Shown here: one piece after another, positions 21,609 through 33,158 of the stretch
Numbering within the stretch: position 1 is the first letter of the stretch
Layout: each line of letters starts with the position of its first letter
From: Nitrospirota bacterium
GTDB taxonomy: Bacteria > Nitrospirota > Thermodesulfovibrionia > Thermodesulfovibrionales > Dissulfurispiraceae
Assembly: GCA_040754455.1 (NCBI GenBank)
Contig: JBFMCP010000004.1
Coordinates: 32,001 to 96,000, forward strand
Reading direction: 5' to 3'
DNA length: 64,000 nt
The notes under the pieces: generated by a model
Database searches by the model: none
The model's input: the letters and a program-made list of their open reading frames with translations, nothing else
What the model was told of the DNA's origin: nothing
Translations under genes and position numbers: made by a program

Positions 21609-23522
21609 ATGGGAAAGGCGATAGGCATAGATCTCGGCACGACGAACTCGGTAGTTGCGGTGGTAATGGGTGGAGAGCCGGTAGTTATTCCGAACCAGGA
21701 GGGGAACCGGACAACCCCGTCCGTTGTCGCTTTTACCGATAAAGGAGAGCGGCTTGTCGGCCAGATCGCCAAGCGGCAGGCGATCACCAATCCTGAGAAT
21801 ACCATTTTTTCGATAAAGAGGCTTATGGGAAGGAAGTACAACTCCCCCGAAGTGGAACATGCAAAGAAGCGGCTCCCCTACAAGATCGTCGAGGCGCCGA
21901 ACGGCGATGCCCATGTCGAGATACGGGGGAAACGGTATTCTCCTCCCGAGATTTCCGCGATGATCCTCCAAAAGCTGAAACAGGCGGCAGAAGATTACCT
22001 CGGCGAGCCGGTTACCGACGCGGTGATCACAGTCCCTGCCTATTTCGATGACAGCCAGCGGCAGGCGACCAAGGATGCGGGCCAGATTGCGGGCCTCAAT
22101 GTACTGAGAATCATCAACGAGCCGACTGCTGCAGCCCTTGCCTACGGTCTCGAAAAGAAGAAAGAGGAAGAGGTCGCGGTCTATGACCTCGGCGGCGGTA
22201 CGTTCGACATCTCGATCCTCGAAATCGGTGAGGGCGTCATCGAGGTGCGGGCTACCAACGGTGATACGTATCTCGGCGGCGATGACTTCGATCTGCGGGT
22301 CATGGATTGGCTGGTGGACGAATTCAAGAAGGAGCAGGGCATTGATCTCAGGAACGACAAGATGGCGCTCCAGAGGCTCAAGGAGGCTGCGGAAAGGGCT
22401 AAGATAGAGCTCTCTACTGCATCGGAAACGGAGATCAACCTTCCCTTTATTACCGCCGATGCGACGGGACCGAAGCACCTGCTCATGAAACTCTCGAGAT
22501 CCAAATTCGAGCAGCTCACCGACGACCTCATGCAGAAGACCATAGAGCCCTGCAAGAGGGCGCTCGCCGATGCAAAGTACTCGCAGTCCGATATCGATGA
22601 GGTGATTCTCGTCGGAGGACAGACGAGGACGCCCAAGGTGCAGCAGATCGTCCAGGGATACTTCGGAAAAGAGCCGAACAAGTCGGTCAACCCTGATGAA
22701 GTGGTCGCCGTCGGCGCAGCAATACAGGGTGCAGTGCTCAAGGGAGAGGTGAAAGAGGTGCTGCTGCTGGATGTCACGCCTCTCTCGCTCGGTATCGAGA
22801 CGCTCGGCGGCATCTTCACCAAGATCATCGAGAGGAACACGACCATTCCTACCAAGAAATCGCAGATATTCTCCACGGCATCGGACAACCAGCCGGCGGT
22901 CACCATAAAGATTTATCAGGGAGAGCGCGAGATGGCTGCTGACAATAAGCTGCTCGGTGTCTTCGAGCTTGTCGGGATCCCCCCTGCACCCAGAGGCGTG
23001 CCGCAGATCGAGGTTACCTTCGACATCGACGCCAACGGCATCCTCCATGTCTCCGCAAAGGACCTTGGCACTGGCAAGGAGCAGTCCATACGGATTACCG
23101 CATCGAGCGGGCTTTCGGATGAAGAGGTAAAGAGGATGATGCGCGATGCAGAGGCACATGCGGAAGAAGACAGAAAGAGAAAAGAGCTCATCGAGGCGAA
23201 GAATCAGGCCGATACGCTGATTTACTCTGTCGAGAAATCGCTCAAAGAGTACGGCGACAAGGTTACCGAGACGGAGAAAAAAGAGATCGAAGCAGCCCTC
23301 GAGAAGTGCAGGAAGGCCAAAGACACGGGAACGACTGCCGACGAAGTGCGCTCAGCGATGGATGAGCTTACCAGGGCATCACATAAGATAGCCGAGCATA
23401 TCTACAAGGCTGCACAGGAACAGCAGGCCGGTGCAGGGGCTGCGGGGGCCGGCGCAAAGGCCAAGTCTCCTGAAGAAGAAGTAGTAGAAGCAGAATTTGA
23501 AGATGTGGATAAAAACAAATAG
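21609..23522 (+). CDS. dnaK: Chaperone DnaK
   Basis: [30 protein letters not shown]. Confidence 0.99.
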   Translation: MGKAIGIDLGTTNSVVAVVMGGEPVVIPNQEGNRTTPSVVAFTDKGERLVGQIAKRQAITNPENTIFSIKRLMGRKYNSPEVEHAKKRLPYKIVEAPNGDAHVEIRGKRYSPPEISAMILQKLKQAAEDYLGEPVTDAVITVPAYFDDSQRQATKDAGQIAGLNVLRIINEPTAAALAYGLEKKKEEEVAVYDLGGGTFDISILEIGEGVIEVRATNGDTYLGGDDFDLRVMDWLVDEFKKEQGIDLRNDKMALQRLKEAAERAKIELSTASETEINLPFITADATGPKHLLMKLSRSKFEQLTDDLMQKTIEPCKRALADAKYSQSDIDEVILVGGQTRTPKVQQIVQGYFGKEPNKSVNPDEVVAVGAAIQGAVLKGEVKEVLLLDVTPLSLGIETLGGIFTKIIERNTTIPTKKSQIFSTASDNQPAVTIKIYQGEREMAADNKLLGVFELVGIPPAPRGVPQIEVTFDIDANGILHVSAKDLGTGKEQSIRITASSGLSDEEVKRMMRDAEAHAEEDRKRKELIEAKNQADTLIYSVEKSLKEYGDKVTETEKKEIEAALEKCRKAKDTGTTADEVRSAMDELTRASHKIAEHIYKAAQEQQAGAGAAGAGAKAKSPEEEVVEAEFEDVDKNK

Positions 23523-23524
23523 TG

Positions 23525-24643
23525 ATGAAAGATTATTATAAGGTCCTGGGCGTAGACCGTTCGGCAACACAGGAAGAGATAAAAAAGGTTTTTCGGCAGC
23601 TCGCTTTAAAATATCACCCTGACCGGAATCAGGGCGACAAGGAGGCGGAAGAGAAATTCAAGGAGATCAACGAGGCCTATTCCTGCATCGGTGATCCTGA
23701 AAAGCGCGCCCACTATGATCGCTACGGTACTGCGGAGGGCTTCGGTGCAGGCGCCGGCGCCGGGTTCGGCGGCTTTGGTGCAGGCGCTCCCTTCAGCGAT
23801 ATTTTCGAAGATATCTTCGACGATTTCTTCGGCGCTTTCGGAGGGGGCGGGGCTAAGAGGGCGAGGGCGACCAAAGGCGCCGATTTGCGGTACAACATGA
23901 CCATTACCCTCGAAGAGTGCGCTTTCGGTACTGAAAAGGAAATAAAGATCCCTCGTTGGCAGTCGTGCGATGTCTGCAGCGGCTCCGGCGCAGAGCCGGG
24001 CAAGCCGCCGGTCACCTGCAGCCAGTGCAAGGGAACAGGACACATCCGGTTTCAGCAGGGTTTCTTCAGTGTCTCAAAGACCTGCGGCAAATGCCAGGGC
24101 ACGGGCAAGATCATCACCGATCCGTGCCATGCCTGTAAAGGCAACGGGAAAATAAAAGTTCAGAGAGAAGTGTTAGTAAAGATCCCTGCCGGTGTCGACA
24201 ACGGCTCGCGTCTGAGAATGACCGGCGAGGGAGACTTCGGCAGCTATGGCGGCCCTCCGGGTGATCTCTACATTGTGCTCACGGTTGAAGAGCATCCTTT
24301 CTTCAAACGCGAGGGGATGGATGTCCTTTGCCAGATGCCGCTCTCGTTCCCCAAAGCGGTATTTGGGGGGGAGGTCGAGGTGCCCACACTCAACGGGCCG
24401 GCAAAGCTCAGGATCCCTCCGGGAACACCCTCGGGGAAGTCTTTTCACCTTAAAGGCAGAGGGATACCGAAGCTCGGCAGCCACTATCGGGGAGATCAGA
24501 TCGTGAGTGTCTACATCGATGTGCCCAAAAAGCTCACCCCGCGTCAGAAGGAGCTGCTCGAGGAGTTTGCCAGTATCGGCGACGAGACGCATGATGAGGC
24601 GAAGGGGTTCAAGAGCAAGCTGAAAGACCTCTTCTCAATGTGA
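23525..24643 (+). CDS. dnaJ: Chaperone DnaJ
   Basis: J domain with HPD, G/F region, four CxxCxGxG repeats. Confidence 0.98.
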   Translation: MKDYYKVLGVDRSATQEEIKKVFRQLALKYHPDRNQGDKEAEEKFKEINEAYSCIGDPEKRAHYDRYGTAEGFGAGAGAGFGGFGAGAPFSDIFEDIFDDFFGAFGGGGAKRARATKGADLRYNMTITLEECAFGTEKEIKIPRWQSCDVCSGSGAEPGKPPVTCSQCKGTGHIRFQQGFFSVSKTCGKCQGTGKIITDPCHACKGNGKIKVQREVLVKIPAGVDNGSRLRMTGEGDFGSYGGPPGDLYIVLTVEEHPFFKREGMDVLCQMPLSFPKAVFGGEVEVPTLNGPAKLRIPPGTPSGKSFHLKGRGIPKLGSHYRGDQIVSVYIDVPKKLTPRQKELLEEFASIGDETHDEAKGFKSKLKDLFSM

Positions 24644-24686
24644 GAGCCCTCCCGCATATCTCAATTCTGAATACCTCTGATTATCG

Positions 24687-25457
24687 ATGAGAATATTCAT
24701 AGCCCCGGAACATATCCAGCGGCAGCACGATATCAAAGTCCCTGCAGATAAAGCCCACTATATTATCTCCGTGCTCAGGAGCAGAGTAGGCGACCCCATC
24801 GAGATTATCGATGGCAGAGGAAAGGCCTTTGAGGCGATTATCACCGGCATAACGAGAAGGGATGTTGTGGTCGACCTGCGGAGAGAGCTTCCTGCAAATG
24901 CCGAATCGCCGGCTTACCTCGTCCTCTGCCAGGGGATGCTGAAGGGCGAGAAGATGGACCTCGTAGTGCAGAAGGCGACCGAGCTGGGTACGAAGGAAAT
25001 CATTCCTCTTATCACCGAACGCTGTATCGTAAGGGCCACGCGAAAAGTACAGCGCTGGAGCACCATTGCCGAAGAGGCCGCGGAGCAGTGCGGCAGGGCG
25101 TTTATTCCGATAGTGCATGAGCCGGAGGAGTTGAACTCTTGGCTCATGGCACACAGCTCATCACAGTTAAAGGGCTTTATCTTTTGGGAGGAGGGAGGCG
25201 TGCCATTACGCGAAGCGTTTCAAAAGGTGTCCGACTACCTGATTCTCCCATCCACCCATTCACCCATTCACCTTATCATCGGTCCTGAAGGAGGGCTCAC
25301 TGCCGCTGAAATCAAGAGTGCGGAAGCGAGAGGGCTCATAAGGACATCGCTTGGCAGCCGCACGCTCCGCGCTGAAACAGCGGCGATTGTTTCGATGGCA
25401 CTGGTACAGTTTCTTGTCGAGAATAGAGAGAAGTTACCAGTGACAAATGGCCAGTGA
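24687..25457 (+). CDS. rsmE: 16S rRNA m3U1498 methyltransferase
   Basis: QKATELG, EAAEQCGR, IGPEGG, LGSRTLRAETA. Confidence 0.95.
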   Translation: MRIFIAPEHIQRQHDIKVPADKAHYIISVLRSRVGDPIEIIDGRGKAFEAIITGITRRDVVVDLRRELPANAESPAYLVLCQGMLKGEKMDLVVQKATELGTKEIIPLITERCIVRATRKVQRWSTIAEEAAEQCGRAFIPIVHEPEELNSWLMAHSSSQLKGFIFWEEGGVPLREAFQKVSDYLILPSTHSPIHLIIGPEGGLTAAEIKSAEARGLIRTSLGSRTLRAETAAIVSMALVQFLVENREKLPVTNGQ

Positions 25458-25475
25458 TTATCGCTATAATCAGGT

Positions 25476-26789
25476 ATGGCTGAGCGTAACGAGTCCCCCC
25501 TCAGGAATCATAGCTATCTCCTCATTCTTTTGATTGCCGCAACCGTCATTGTCGCCACCAGCACGGTTCTGAACTATCGGAGTGCGGTATCCACCGCAGG
25601 AGATTCCCTGAGGCTTCAGGCCTTCGGCATTGCTGTCAGCCTTGAAGCATCGCTTAAAGACCGCAGCGGACTGCCTGTAGTGGACAGTAAGCTGCCGGCG
25701 CCCGGCAATAGAAACAACCTCTTCAAAGATATTATTGCAGAAGGGAACTGGGAAGGAATTGCCTTTATTGCGCTTTATGACCGTGAAGGGATGACGCTTC
25801 TCCACTCGAATGAGAATCTTATCGGCAGGCGCATCACTGATGCAACCATCAGGAGCGTTGCAGCAAGCGGCAGCCCTGCGCATGGCTATTTCACTCTGGG
25901 GACCGGTGAAAGGGTTTTTATTCTTGATTTTCCTGTCCATCTTCAGAATTCCGTAGGCATTCTCAGGCTGTCCCTCCATACCTATCCTGTAGAGCGTAGT
26001 GTGCGACAGGCACGATTTCAGCTTGCAAGTATTACATTCATCATCGGTATTCTATGGGGTATGGGATTTTTTTTCATAAGAGCGGTCAAGCGTTCCGAAG
26101 AGCTGAAAAAGGCAATGGCTGAAAGAGAGCGGCTCGCCGTACTGGGGGGAATGGCCTCGGTGCTCGCCCATGAGATACGGAATCCGCTCGGCAGCATAAA
26201 GGGGTTCGCTCAATATCTCAGAGAAGGCAAACGCCAGGAGCAGGATAATAAGGAATACCTCGATATCATCGTGTCCGAATCGGAGCGGCTCGAGGCGCTG
26301 ACCGAGGATCTCCTCCTCTACGCAAAGCCGGTGGAGATAAAGGCGGAAGCGTTCGATCTCAATAATCTTATAGGTGAAGTGGTGCGGATGGTGCAGGGCT
26401 GTAGCGAGGGTAAACCGGGTCTTACCGTGCAGCAGTCTGCTGCGCCTGCATTACTGATGAAGTCGGATAAGGATAGGCTCAGGCAGGTGCTGCTGAACAT
26501 CATGCAGAATGCTGCCGATGCAGTGGAAGGTTCAGGGATGGTTGCGATAAGCACCCAGGGTGCGGGAGATAGGATAATAATAACCATAAAGGATAACGGC
26601 TGCGGCATGGATAAAGAGACAAAGGAGAAAGCCTTCACACCCTTCTACACGACAAAGACTCGCGGTACGGGCCTGGGCCTTGCCATTGTCGATAAATTGG
26701 TGAAAGCGCTCGACGGCACGATAGAGGTGGAAAGCGAATACGGGAAAGGAACGGAGTTCAGAATTACTTTGCCGAGGAATCTTATATAA
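25476..26789 (+). CDS. Membrane sensor histidine kinase (ZraS/HydH-like)
   Basis: Two TM segments, H-box AHEIRNPL, HATPase motifs DNGCG and GTGLGL. Confidence 0.9.
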   Translation: MAERNESPLRNHSYLLILLIAATVIVATSTVLNYRSAVSTAGDSLRLQAFGIAVSLEASLKDRSGLPVVDSKLPAPGNRNNLFKDIIAEGNWEGIAFIALYDREGMTLLHSNENLIGRRITDATIRSVAASGSPAHGYFTLGTGERVFILDFPVHLQNSVGILRLSLHTYPVERSVRQARFQLASITFIIGILWGMGFFFIRAVKRSEELKKAMAERERLAVLGGMASVLAHEIRNPLGSIKGFAQYLREGKRQEQDNKEYLDIIVSESERLEALTEDLLLYAKPVEIKAEAFDLNNLIGEVVRMVQGCSEGKPGLTVQQSAAPALLMKSDKDRLRQVLLNIMQNAADAVEGSGMVAISTQGAGDRIIITIKDNGCGMDKETKEKAFTPFYTTKTRGTGLGLAIVDKLVKALDGTIEVESEYGKGTEFRITLPRNLI

Positions 26790-26832
26790 TAAAAACGGTG
26801 GATAAGCTTGCAATGGCACCATAAGAAAGGTT

Positions 26833-28149
<1,317 letters not shown>

Positions 28150-28155
<6 letters not shown>

Positions 28156-28311
28156 TCTTATGGTTGGGAAGGAGGCACCAAAAGGAAATAAAGTTTCCGT
28201 ATTGCCCCACGCTTGTGAGCCGAACAAGACAACCTGCACAAGTCTGTCGCCATAAAGTTCTTTCAGCTTATGCCGCACCTCACCTCTCACCAGCTCGATC
28301 GAGGAATCCAT
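28150..28311 (-). pseudogene. Truncated minimal nucleotidyltransferase (MNT antitoxin-like) fragment, 53 aa
   Basis: RBS AGGGAGG, then MDSSIELVRGEVRHKLKELYGDRLVQVVLFGSQAWG. Homology ends before the DxD motif. Below the ORF-track size cutoff. Confidence 0.65.
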
Positions 28312-28466
28312 AACCTCCCTCCTTCAGAGTCTTTCGCAACACTATACACATTATGCCATTTGTATGATCACAGCGGAAAAGGGCTGAAAAAAGGGGGTGT
28401 TTGGTATAAAATGATGTACTGGATAATTCAATTAAGGCATTTTGCGGCATGGGGGAGCAGCATATC

Positions 28467-28593
28467 ATGGGTTCTAAAAAGCGTTGACGGTTAGAGGAAA
28501 AACGGCGAAATTTACAGTCATATACGCAAAAAATGGCTTGTTGAAACGCCAGAAGAACATGTCCGTCAGGAATATCTTTGTTTTCTACTATAG
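28467..28593 (+). pseudogene. Remnant of an HsdR N-terminal-like domain (type I/IIG restriction-modification protein)
   Basis: Frame at 28501 reads NGEIYSHIRKKWLVETPEEHVRQEYLC with stops on both sides. TPEExVRQ is typical of HSDR_N_2 domains. Confidence 0.6.
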
Positions 28594-28721
28594 CTTGTTC
28601 GAGAGGAGGGATGGACTTTTTAATTTAACTCCGGTTGTCTGAAAGAAAATGGGACGGGAATATTATTTTGATTTTGGATAAGACTTTCGGGAAGGAATTG
28701 GGAGAAAGGAGAACCAAAAAC

Positions 28722-29069
28722 ATGTCGCTGCCGGTTTTAGTGAAAACGCTTGTAGAAAAGAAAATCGGTGCATACTGTAAGAGAAGGGTGCCGACATATG
28801 CGGCGGATAAAGTGAATCTTTCCTATAAAATACGCGGCAATAGTGTCACTCTCTTTGAGAACAGGGCACCGTGGCATCCTGACATGAAAGAGTGGACATC
28901 CATGGCGATTGCACAGATAAGATATGACAATGCAACCGGCACATGGACGCTTTATTGCGCAGACAGAAACGATAGATGGCATGAATACCGGGATATGGAG
29001 CCGACGAAAAATTTAGACGAAATATTGAAGGAGATAGATAAAGACCCTACAGGCATATTCTGGGGTTAA
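28722..29069 (+). CDS. DUF3024 domain protein
   Basis: FENRAPW...IAQIRY...WTLYCADRN.RWHEY...EIDKDPTGIFWG; ATG at 28722 after AGGAG. Confidence 0.82.
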   Translation: MSLPVLVKTLVEKKIGAYCKRRVPTYAADKVNLSYKIRGNSVTLFENRAPWHPDMKEWTSMAIAQIRYDNATGTWTLYCADRNDRWHEYRDMEPTKNLDEILKEIDKDPTGIFWG

Positions 29070-29233
29070 TTTTTCATTGAAAACTCATTGATCCAGGTGA
29101 TACCCTCCTCCTTTCTGAACGTGGCAAACTGCCGCTTCGCATACAAAGGGTTGAGGTAACTTGGCAGGGAAAAGAATGAGAGCGTTTTGGGAGCCCAACA
29201 TGTCGATCACGGATGTAACGAGTAAAGGCCACG

Positions 29234-29266
29234 TGCAAATATTGCATCGGGAGTGCAAAAATTGCA
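29234..29266. promoter_or_regulatory. Tandem activator binding sites (UAS), TGCA-N5-TGCA x2
   Basis: TGCAAATATTGCA (29234-46) and TGCAAAAATTGCA (29254-66), 20 bp apart, about 120-150 bp upstream of a sigma54 promoter. Confidence 0.7.
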
Positions 29267-29388
29267 TTTGAAGCAGGCGCGAGGTCATGGGTATAGGTCA
29301 TGGGCAAGCTGATAGAATCCCCGGAGAATATGGATTTTCAGCCTGCTTCCTATAACCCAACCCCATTGCCTATCACCCATTCTCCGCA

Positions 29389-29404
29389 TGGCACGGCACT
29401 TGCT
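29389..29404 (+). promoter_or_regulatory. Sigma54 (-24/-12) promoter
   Basis: TGGCACGGCACTTGCT, near-perfect consensus. Confidence 0.9.
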
Positions 29405-29452
29405 TTTATCCGGGGAGGAAGTGAAAACCGATGTGGAGAAGGAGGTGAGATA

Positions 29453-29869
29453 ATGAGAAAGGCAGTAATCGCGAGCCTTGCAGTGATTCTGGTCGCGGCA
29501 GTCGTTACCGGTGCTATGGCCATTGGCCCTGGATACGGCAGGGGTATGATGGGCATGGGGCCTGGCTTCGGTGCAGGGGCGAACCTTACTCCTGAGCAGG
29601 TCCAGAAGTTTGAGCAGTTCCAGAAAGAAGTTGCACCTCTTCGCGAACAGATGTTCAAGCTGAGGACAGAAATGATGACCCTCAGGTCACAGGCAAACCC
29701 TGACTGGAAAGCTATTGCCGATAAGCAGAAGGCAATGGTTGATGTCAGGATGGAGATCTGGAAAAAGGCAGCAGATGCCGGTGTCGGACCCGGACAGTGC
29801 GGGTGCGGTATGAACATGGGCGCCAGAGGCCAGGGCCGTATGATGGGCATGGGCAGAATGGCTATGTAA
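29453..29869 (+). CDS. Periplasmic Spy/CpxP/ZraP-family protein
   Basis: Signal peptide, Gly/Met-rich flanks, NLTPEQ motif, helical core; RBS GGAGG. Confidence 0.85.
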   Translation: MRKAVIASLAVILVAAVVTGAMAIGPGYGRGMMGMGPGFGAGANLTPEQVQKFEQFQKEVAPLREQMFKLRTEMMTLRSQANPDWKAIADKQKAMVDVRMEIWKKAADAGVGPGQCGCGMNMGARGQGRMMGMGRMAM

Positions 29870-29898
29870 TAAGAATCTATTTCAGTAGGCAGGTGATC

Positions 29899-30036
29899 GG
29901 AAGCAGGGGGCACAGTATGTTCGTCTCATTCTCGCAAGGCATCCAGCCTTGCTGCGAGGCTCCGCCAGCCCGCTCCGCCGTCCATGACTACTCCTGGGCT
30001 GCCGAAGCCGCTCACATACTGTGCACCCCTGCCTCC
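29899..30036. mobile_element. 138-bp MITE/REP-like element with imperfect terminal inverted repeats
   Basis: ggaagcagggggcacagtatgt ... acatactgtgcacccctgcctcc; internal hairpin gcaaggc-atcca-gccttgc. Confidence 0.5.
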
Positions 30037-30085
30037 TAATGAGATAGGTTCTAGCGGGAATGCAAAGAAAAGCACAACAAAAGAT

Positions 30086-30511
30086 ATGAGCACAGCTTTC
30101 AAGATATGCATCGCAGGACTTGTTGTCCTCCTTATCATACCGCTGGCGTCGGCATTCGCAGAGTCCGATGTCAAAGAGGGGTATGACGAGAATACCGAGA
30201 TAACGATGAGGGGAAAGATTACAGAAATCGTGCAGGAGAGGAGAGGGCCTGTTATCGTTCGGCTTAAATCCGGAAACAAAACCTATGCGGTGGTTACCGC
30301 CCCCCCCTGGCATCTGGAGAGCGAGCGGGCCGCCTTTACTCCAGGCTCGGAAATAGAAGTGAGAGGTTCCAAATATTTCGGAAGAGACGGTGCTCTCTAT
30401 ATTGTAGCAAGGCACCTGAAGGATCTCGCGACAGGCAGGGTGATCACCTTGAGAGACTCATCGTGCAAACCGATGTGGATGCATCGCGGACATCCCCGGC
30501 TCCGGCCCTGA
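30086..30511 (+). CDS. Exported hypothetical protein, probable OB-fold (MamS/MamX-domain-like)
   Basis: Signal peptide ending ASA/AFA; YDENTEITMRGKI, PPWHL, EVRGSK, TLRD..CKPMW pattern. Confidence 0.65.
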   Translation: MSTAFKICIAGLVVLLIIPLASAFAESDVKEGYDENTEITMRGKITEIVQERRGPVIVRLKSGNKTYAVVTAPPWHLESERAAFTPGSEIEVRGSKYFGRDGALYIVARHLKDLATGRVITLRDSSCKPMWMHRGHPRLRP

Positions 30512-30767
30512 TATATCTTCAACGAAATACCCTTTCTCCTCAAAACCCGCCTACGTTTCCAATGCTTTTCTAGCTCGCTACTGCTTGTCGGGGGAGGTGT
30601 GAGTAAAGAACACAAAATATGATATAGTATTATCCCGTATTTTGACGCGATGCATTGATTCAAGATTGTTTTCAAAAAAGACGAAAAAGAAGGAGATGGC
30701 AATTCTCTTTTTAAATAAATCAAAGCCTCGGGGGCTGAAGAATACAGCGTGAAAGGGTAAACGAGGT

Positions 30768-32873
30768 ATGTCTATTCAGAAACCAGCCCTCAAAATCGGT
30801 GATCTGCTCATCAAAAACGGCCTCATCAGCGAGAGCCAGCTTCAGGAAGCATTAGCCCGCCAGAAAGAGTTGAAGGAGAAAGGTGAAGTCGCCCTTCTGG
30901 GGAATGTCCTCGTGGAGATGAAGATCCTTACGGCAACACAGCTTTTGAAATTCCTTCACCGGCATGCGATAAAACCTCCCCTCGGTGAGATATTGCTGCT
31001 TGATAAAAAGATAACGAAAAGAGACCTGGCGAACGCCCTTGCATTGCAGGAACGTTATCCCGACAGAAAGCTGGGAGATATACTCATCAATGATCTCAAA
31101 GTAATCAGTGATGATGTGCTGACCGCTGCCATAGCAAAACAGAACGATATCTCAAGAATCAAACCGGCGATATCAGATGTCGATCCAGACGTGCTCTTTG
31201 CCTTCAGCAAGGAAACTCTGTTGAGCAATATGTTTGTTCCGTACAAGAAAATCGAGACGGAAAACGGGGAGATTAGCTGCCAGATCCTCATTTCCACGCC
31301 GGGGAGGGGTGATCTGCGGAAGATCGAAGATATGGTGGGCGCCGCAATTGTACGGGCACAGAGATCGAACGGAGCATCCGCTTCAGGCAACGGCGCTCAA
31401 CCGAAGAAGGTACAGTTCGAGTATGCGCTTGCAAGTGCGGACGAAATACGGACGTTCATTGCCACCGTATTCGAGCAAAAGGAAGCAATAAGCTTCTCCC
31501 GCAAGGTCAATGTCGAGGCCAACGAGGCAAGCAACATATTAATGATTGGCAGCAAGTACTATTCGACGAACTCCAACCTCAATATCTTCATGCAGATACT
31601 CATGAAGGCCCTGGACGCCGGAGCTTCCGATGTTCATATCGAACCGATGCGGGATCGGTTGCAGATCCGTTTCAGGATAGACGGGGTATTGATCAGGCAG
31701 CCTGATCTGCCCAAGACATTGAACAGCGTTTTTGTTAGAGGTCTCAAGAATTTCTTCAGGATGAAGGATTCCCATATGCTCAATGTTATTCTCGACGGTA
31801 GGAAGAGCGTGCTGTACAGCGATAAGAATGTAGAGGCTGACCTCAGGATCTCCGTGTTGCCCACGCTCTTCGGCGACAAGATGGTCGTGAGAATCCTCGT
31901 GCAGAATAAAGAAGTGCCCACGTTTGAGAAGCTCGGCATGTGCAAGAACATTCTCAAGAAATACAAAATGGTCTGCTCCTCTTCATCAGGGATTGTGATC
32001 ATAACAGGGCCTACCGGATCAGGCAAGACAACAACACTCTTCTCCACTATCGACTATCTCAGCAACGAGAATGTGAGTATTCTGACCCTTGAGGACCCCC
32101 CTGAGTATGTTATTCATGGCGTATCGCAGGCAGTTGTGGGCGGGGAGGGCAAGAGGGAGATCAATTATGCCGAAGCGCTCAAGGGCGCATTGCGACAGGA
32201 CCCCGATATCATCATGTTCGGTGAAATGCGCGATTTCGAGTCAGCGAACGTCGCATTGAACGCGGGGTTGACCGGGCATCTCCTCTTCTCGACGCTCCAT
32301 ACCAACGATTCTGCCTCAGCCATTACCAGAATCTTCGAGATGGGGATCAGGCCGTTCATGCTCTCCTCTACACTGGTGTCGATTCTCGGACAGCGATTGG
32401 TGCGGGTCATCTGTAAGGAGTGCAAAGAGGAGTATGAGGTATCCTCTGACGAACTGGAGTTCTTCGACATGTTCATACGAAACTTCCAGAGGGATACAGA
32501 ATCAGGAGCAATGAAATTTTACCGTGGGAGGGGATGTAAGGAATGCAACTATACCGGGTTTAAGGGGAGGATCGCAATCCATGAGTTGCTGTGCGTCAAC
32601 GATGAGATTCGACGGGTGGTGCTGAGCGTGGGAACGGCCAAGGATGTTGCGGCAATTGCCCGTGCTTACGGAATGACCTCGATGATAGAAGACGGCGCTT
32701 TCAAGGCTCTACAGGGAATGACGACCCTTGAGGAGGTAATACGTGTTGCCAAGACCCTCGAGAATCCGGAGGACCGGAGGACAATGGAAGAAATCAGCCA
32801 TTTGCTCGAGGGAGAGCTTACCCGTGAGGAATTGCTGTTGGCGGTGTATTCATCACGGCTTAAGGAGAAGTAG
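30768..32873 (+). CDS. GspE/PilB-family secretion/pilus ATPase with duplicated MshEN-like N-terminus
   Basis: ASDVHIEP, RFRIDG, GPTGSGKTTT, LRQDPD, CxxC...CxxC zinc site; four xLGxxL repeats at the N-terminus. Confidence 0.92.
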   Translation: MSIQKPALKIGDLLIKNGLISESQLQEALARQKELKEKGEVALLGNVLVEMKILTATQLLKFLHRHAIKPPLGEILLLDKKITKRDLANALALQERYPDRKLGDILINDLKVISDDVLTAAIAKQNDISRIKPAISDVDPDVLFAFSKETLLSNMFVPYKKIETENGEISCQILISTPGRGDLRKIEDMVGAAIVRAQRSNGASASGNGAQPKKVQFEYALASADEIRTFIATVFEQKEAISFSRKVNVEANEASNILMIGSKYYSTNSNLNIFMQILMKALDAGASDVHIEPMRDRLQIRFRIDGVLIRQPDLPKTLNSVFVRGLKNFFRMKDSHMLNVILDGRKSVLYSDKNVEADLRISVLPTLFGDKMVVRILVQNKEVPTFEKLGMCKNILKKYKMVCSSSSGIVIITGPTGSGKTTTLFSTIDYLSNENVSILTLEDPPEYVIHGVSQAVVGGEGKREINYAEALKGALRQDPDIIMFGEMRDFESANVALNAGLTGHLLFSTLHTNDSASAITRIFEMGIRPFMLSSTLVSILGQRLVRVICKECKEEYEVSSDELEFFDMFIRNFQRDTESGAMKFYRGRGCKECNYTGFKGRIAIHELLCVNDEIRRVVLSVGTAKDVAAIARAYGMTSMIEDGAFKALQGMTTLEEVIRVAKTLENPEDRRTMEEISHLLEGELTREELLLAVYSSRLKEK

Positions 32874-33158
32874 CCCCTTCCTATAACGTGTCTCTTTTTT
32901 CTGATATGCCCTCCGCCTTCCCATCAGGAGCCCCTTGCTTTTTTAGAGCAGGGCGTCGTAATGTAAGAGGCAGGATATCGATGACGGCAAGCAAAAGTCC
33001 CGATATGAAAGCAATCTCACTTACAAATTCTGTTGATTTTCAAATAACGACGGTACTCTACGCCCCTGACACATCCATAGGACGGCCCTTATCACCCTTT
33101 TTCTGTGTGCCTTCAGCAGTGCTCGGGGGGGCTTTGTTTGCAAGGAGTATTTCAGAGT

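Noticed and set aside
21501..23159. 552-aa antisense ORF opposite dnaK, and similar long antisense ORFs opposite clpA, dxs, the kinases and the HDOD gene
   Set aside because: These are shadow ORFs caused by codon bias in the real genes and show no recognisable motifs.
28218..28280. attC- or dif-like appearance (gccgaac..., ggtgcggcataa on the minus strand)
   Set aside because: There is no closing GTTRRRY, the spacer is wrong for dif, and the sequence is better explained as the MNT fragment coding region.
29080..29180. Short plus-strand frame KLIDPGDTLLLSERGKLPLRIQRVEVTWQGKE*
   Set aside because: It could be another gene remnant in the island, but it has no start codon and no family I recognise.
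30086..30511. Magnetosome role for the MamS/MamX-like protein
   Set aside because: There are no other mam genes and no CxxCH magnetochrome motif; the domain also occurs outside magnetotactic bacteria.
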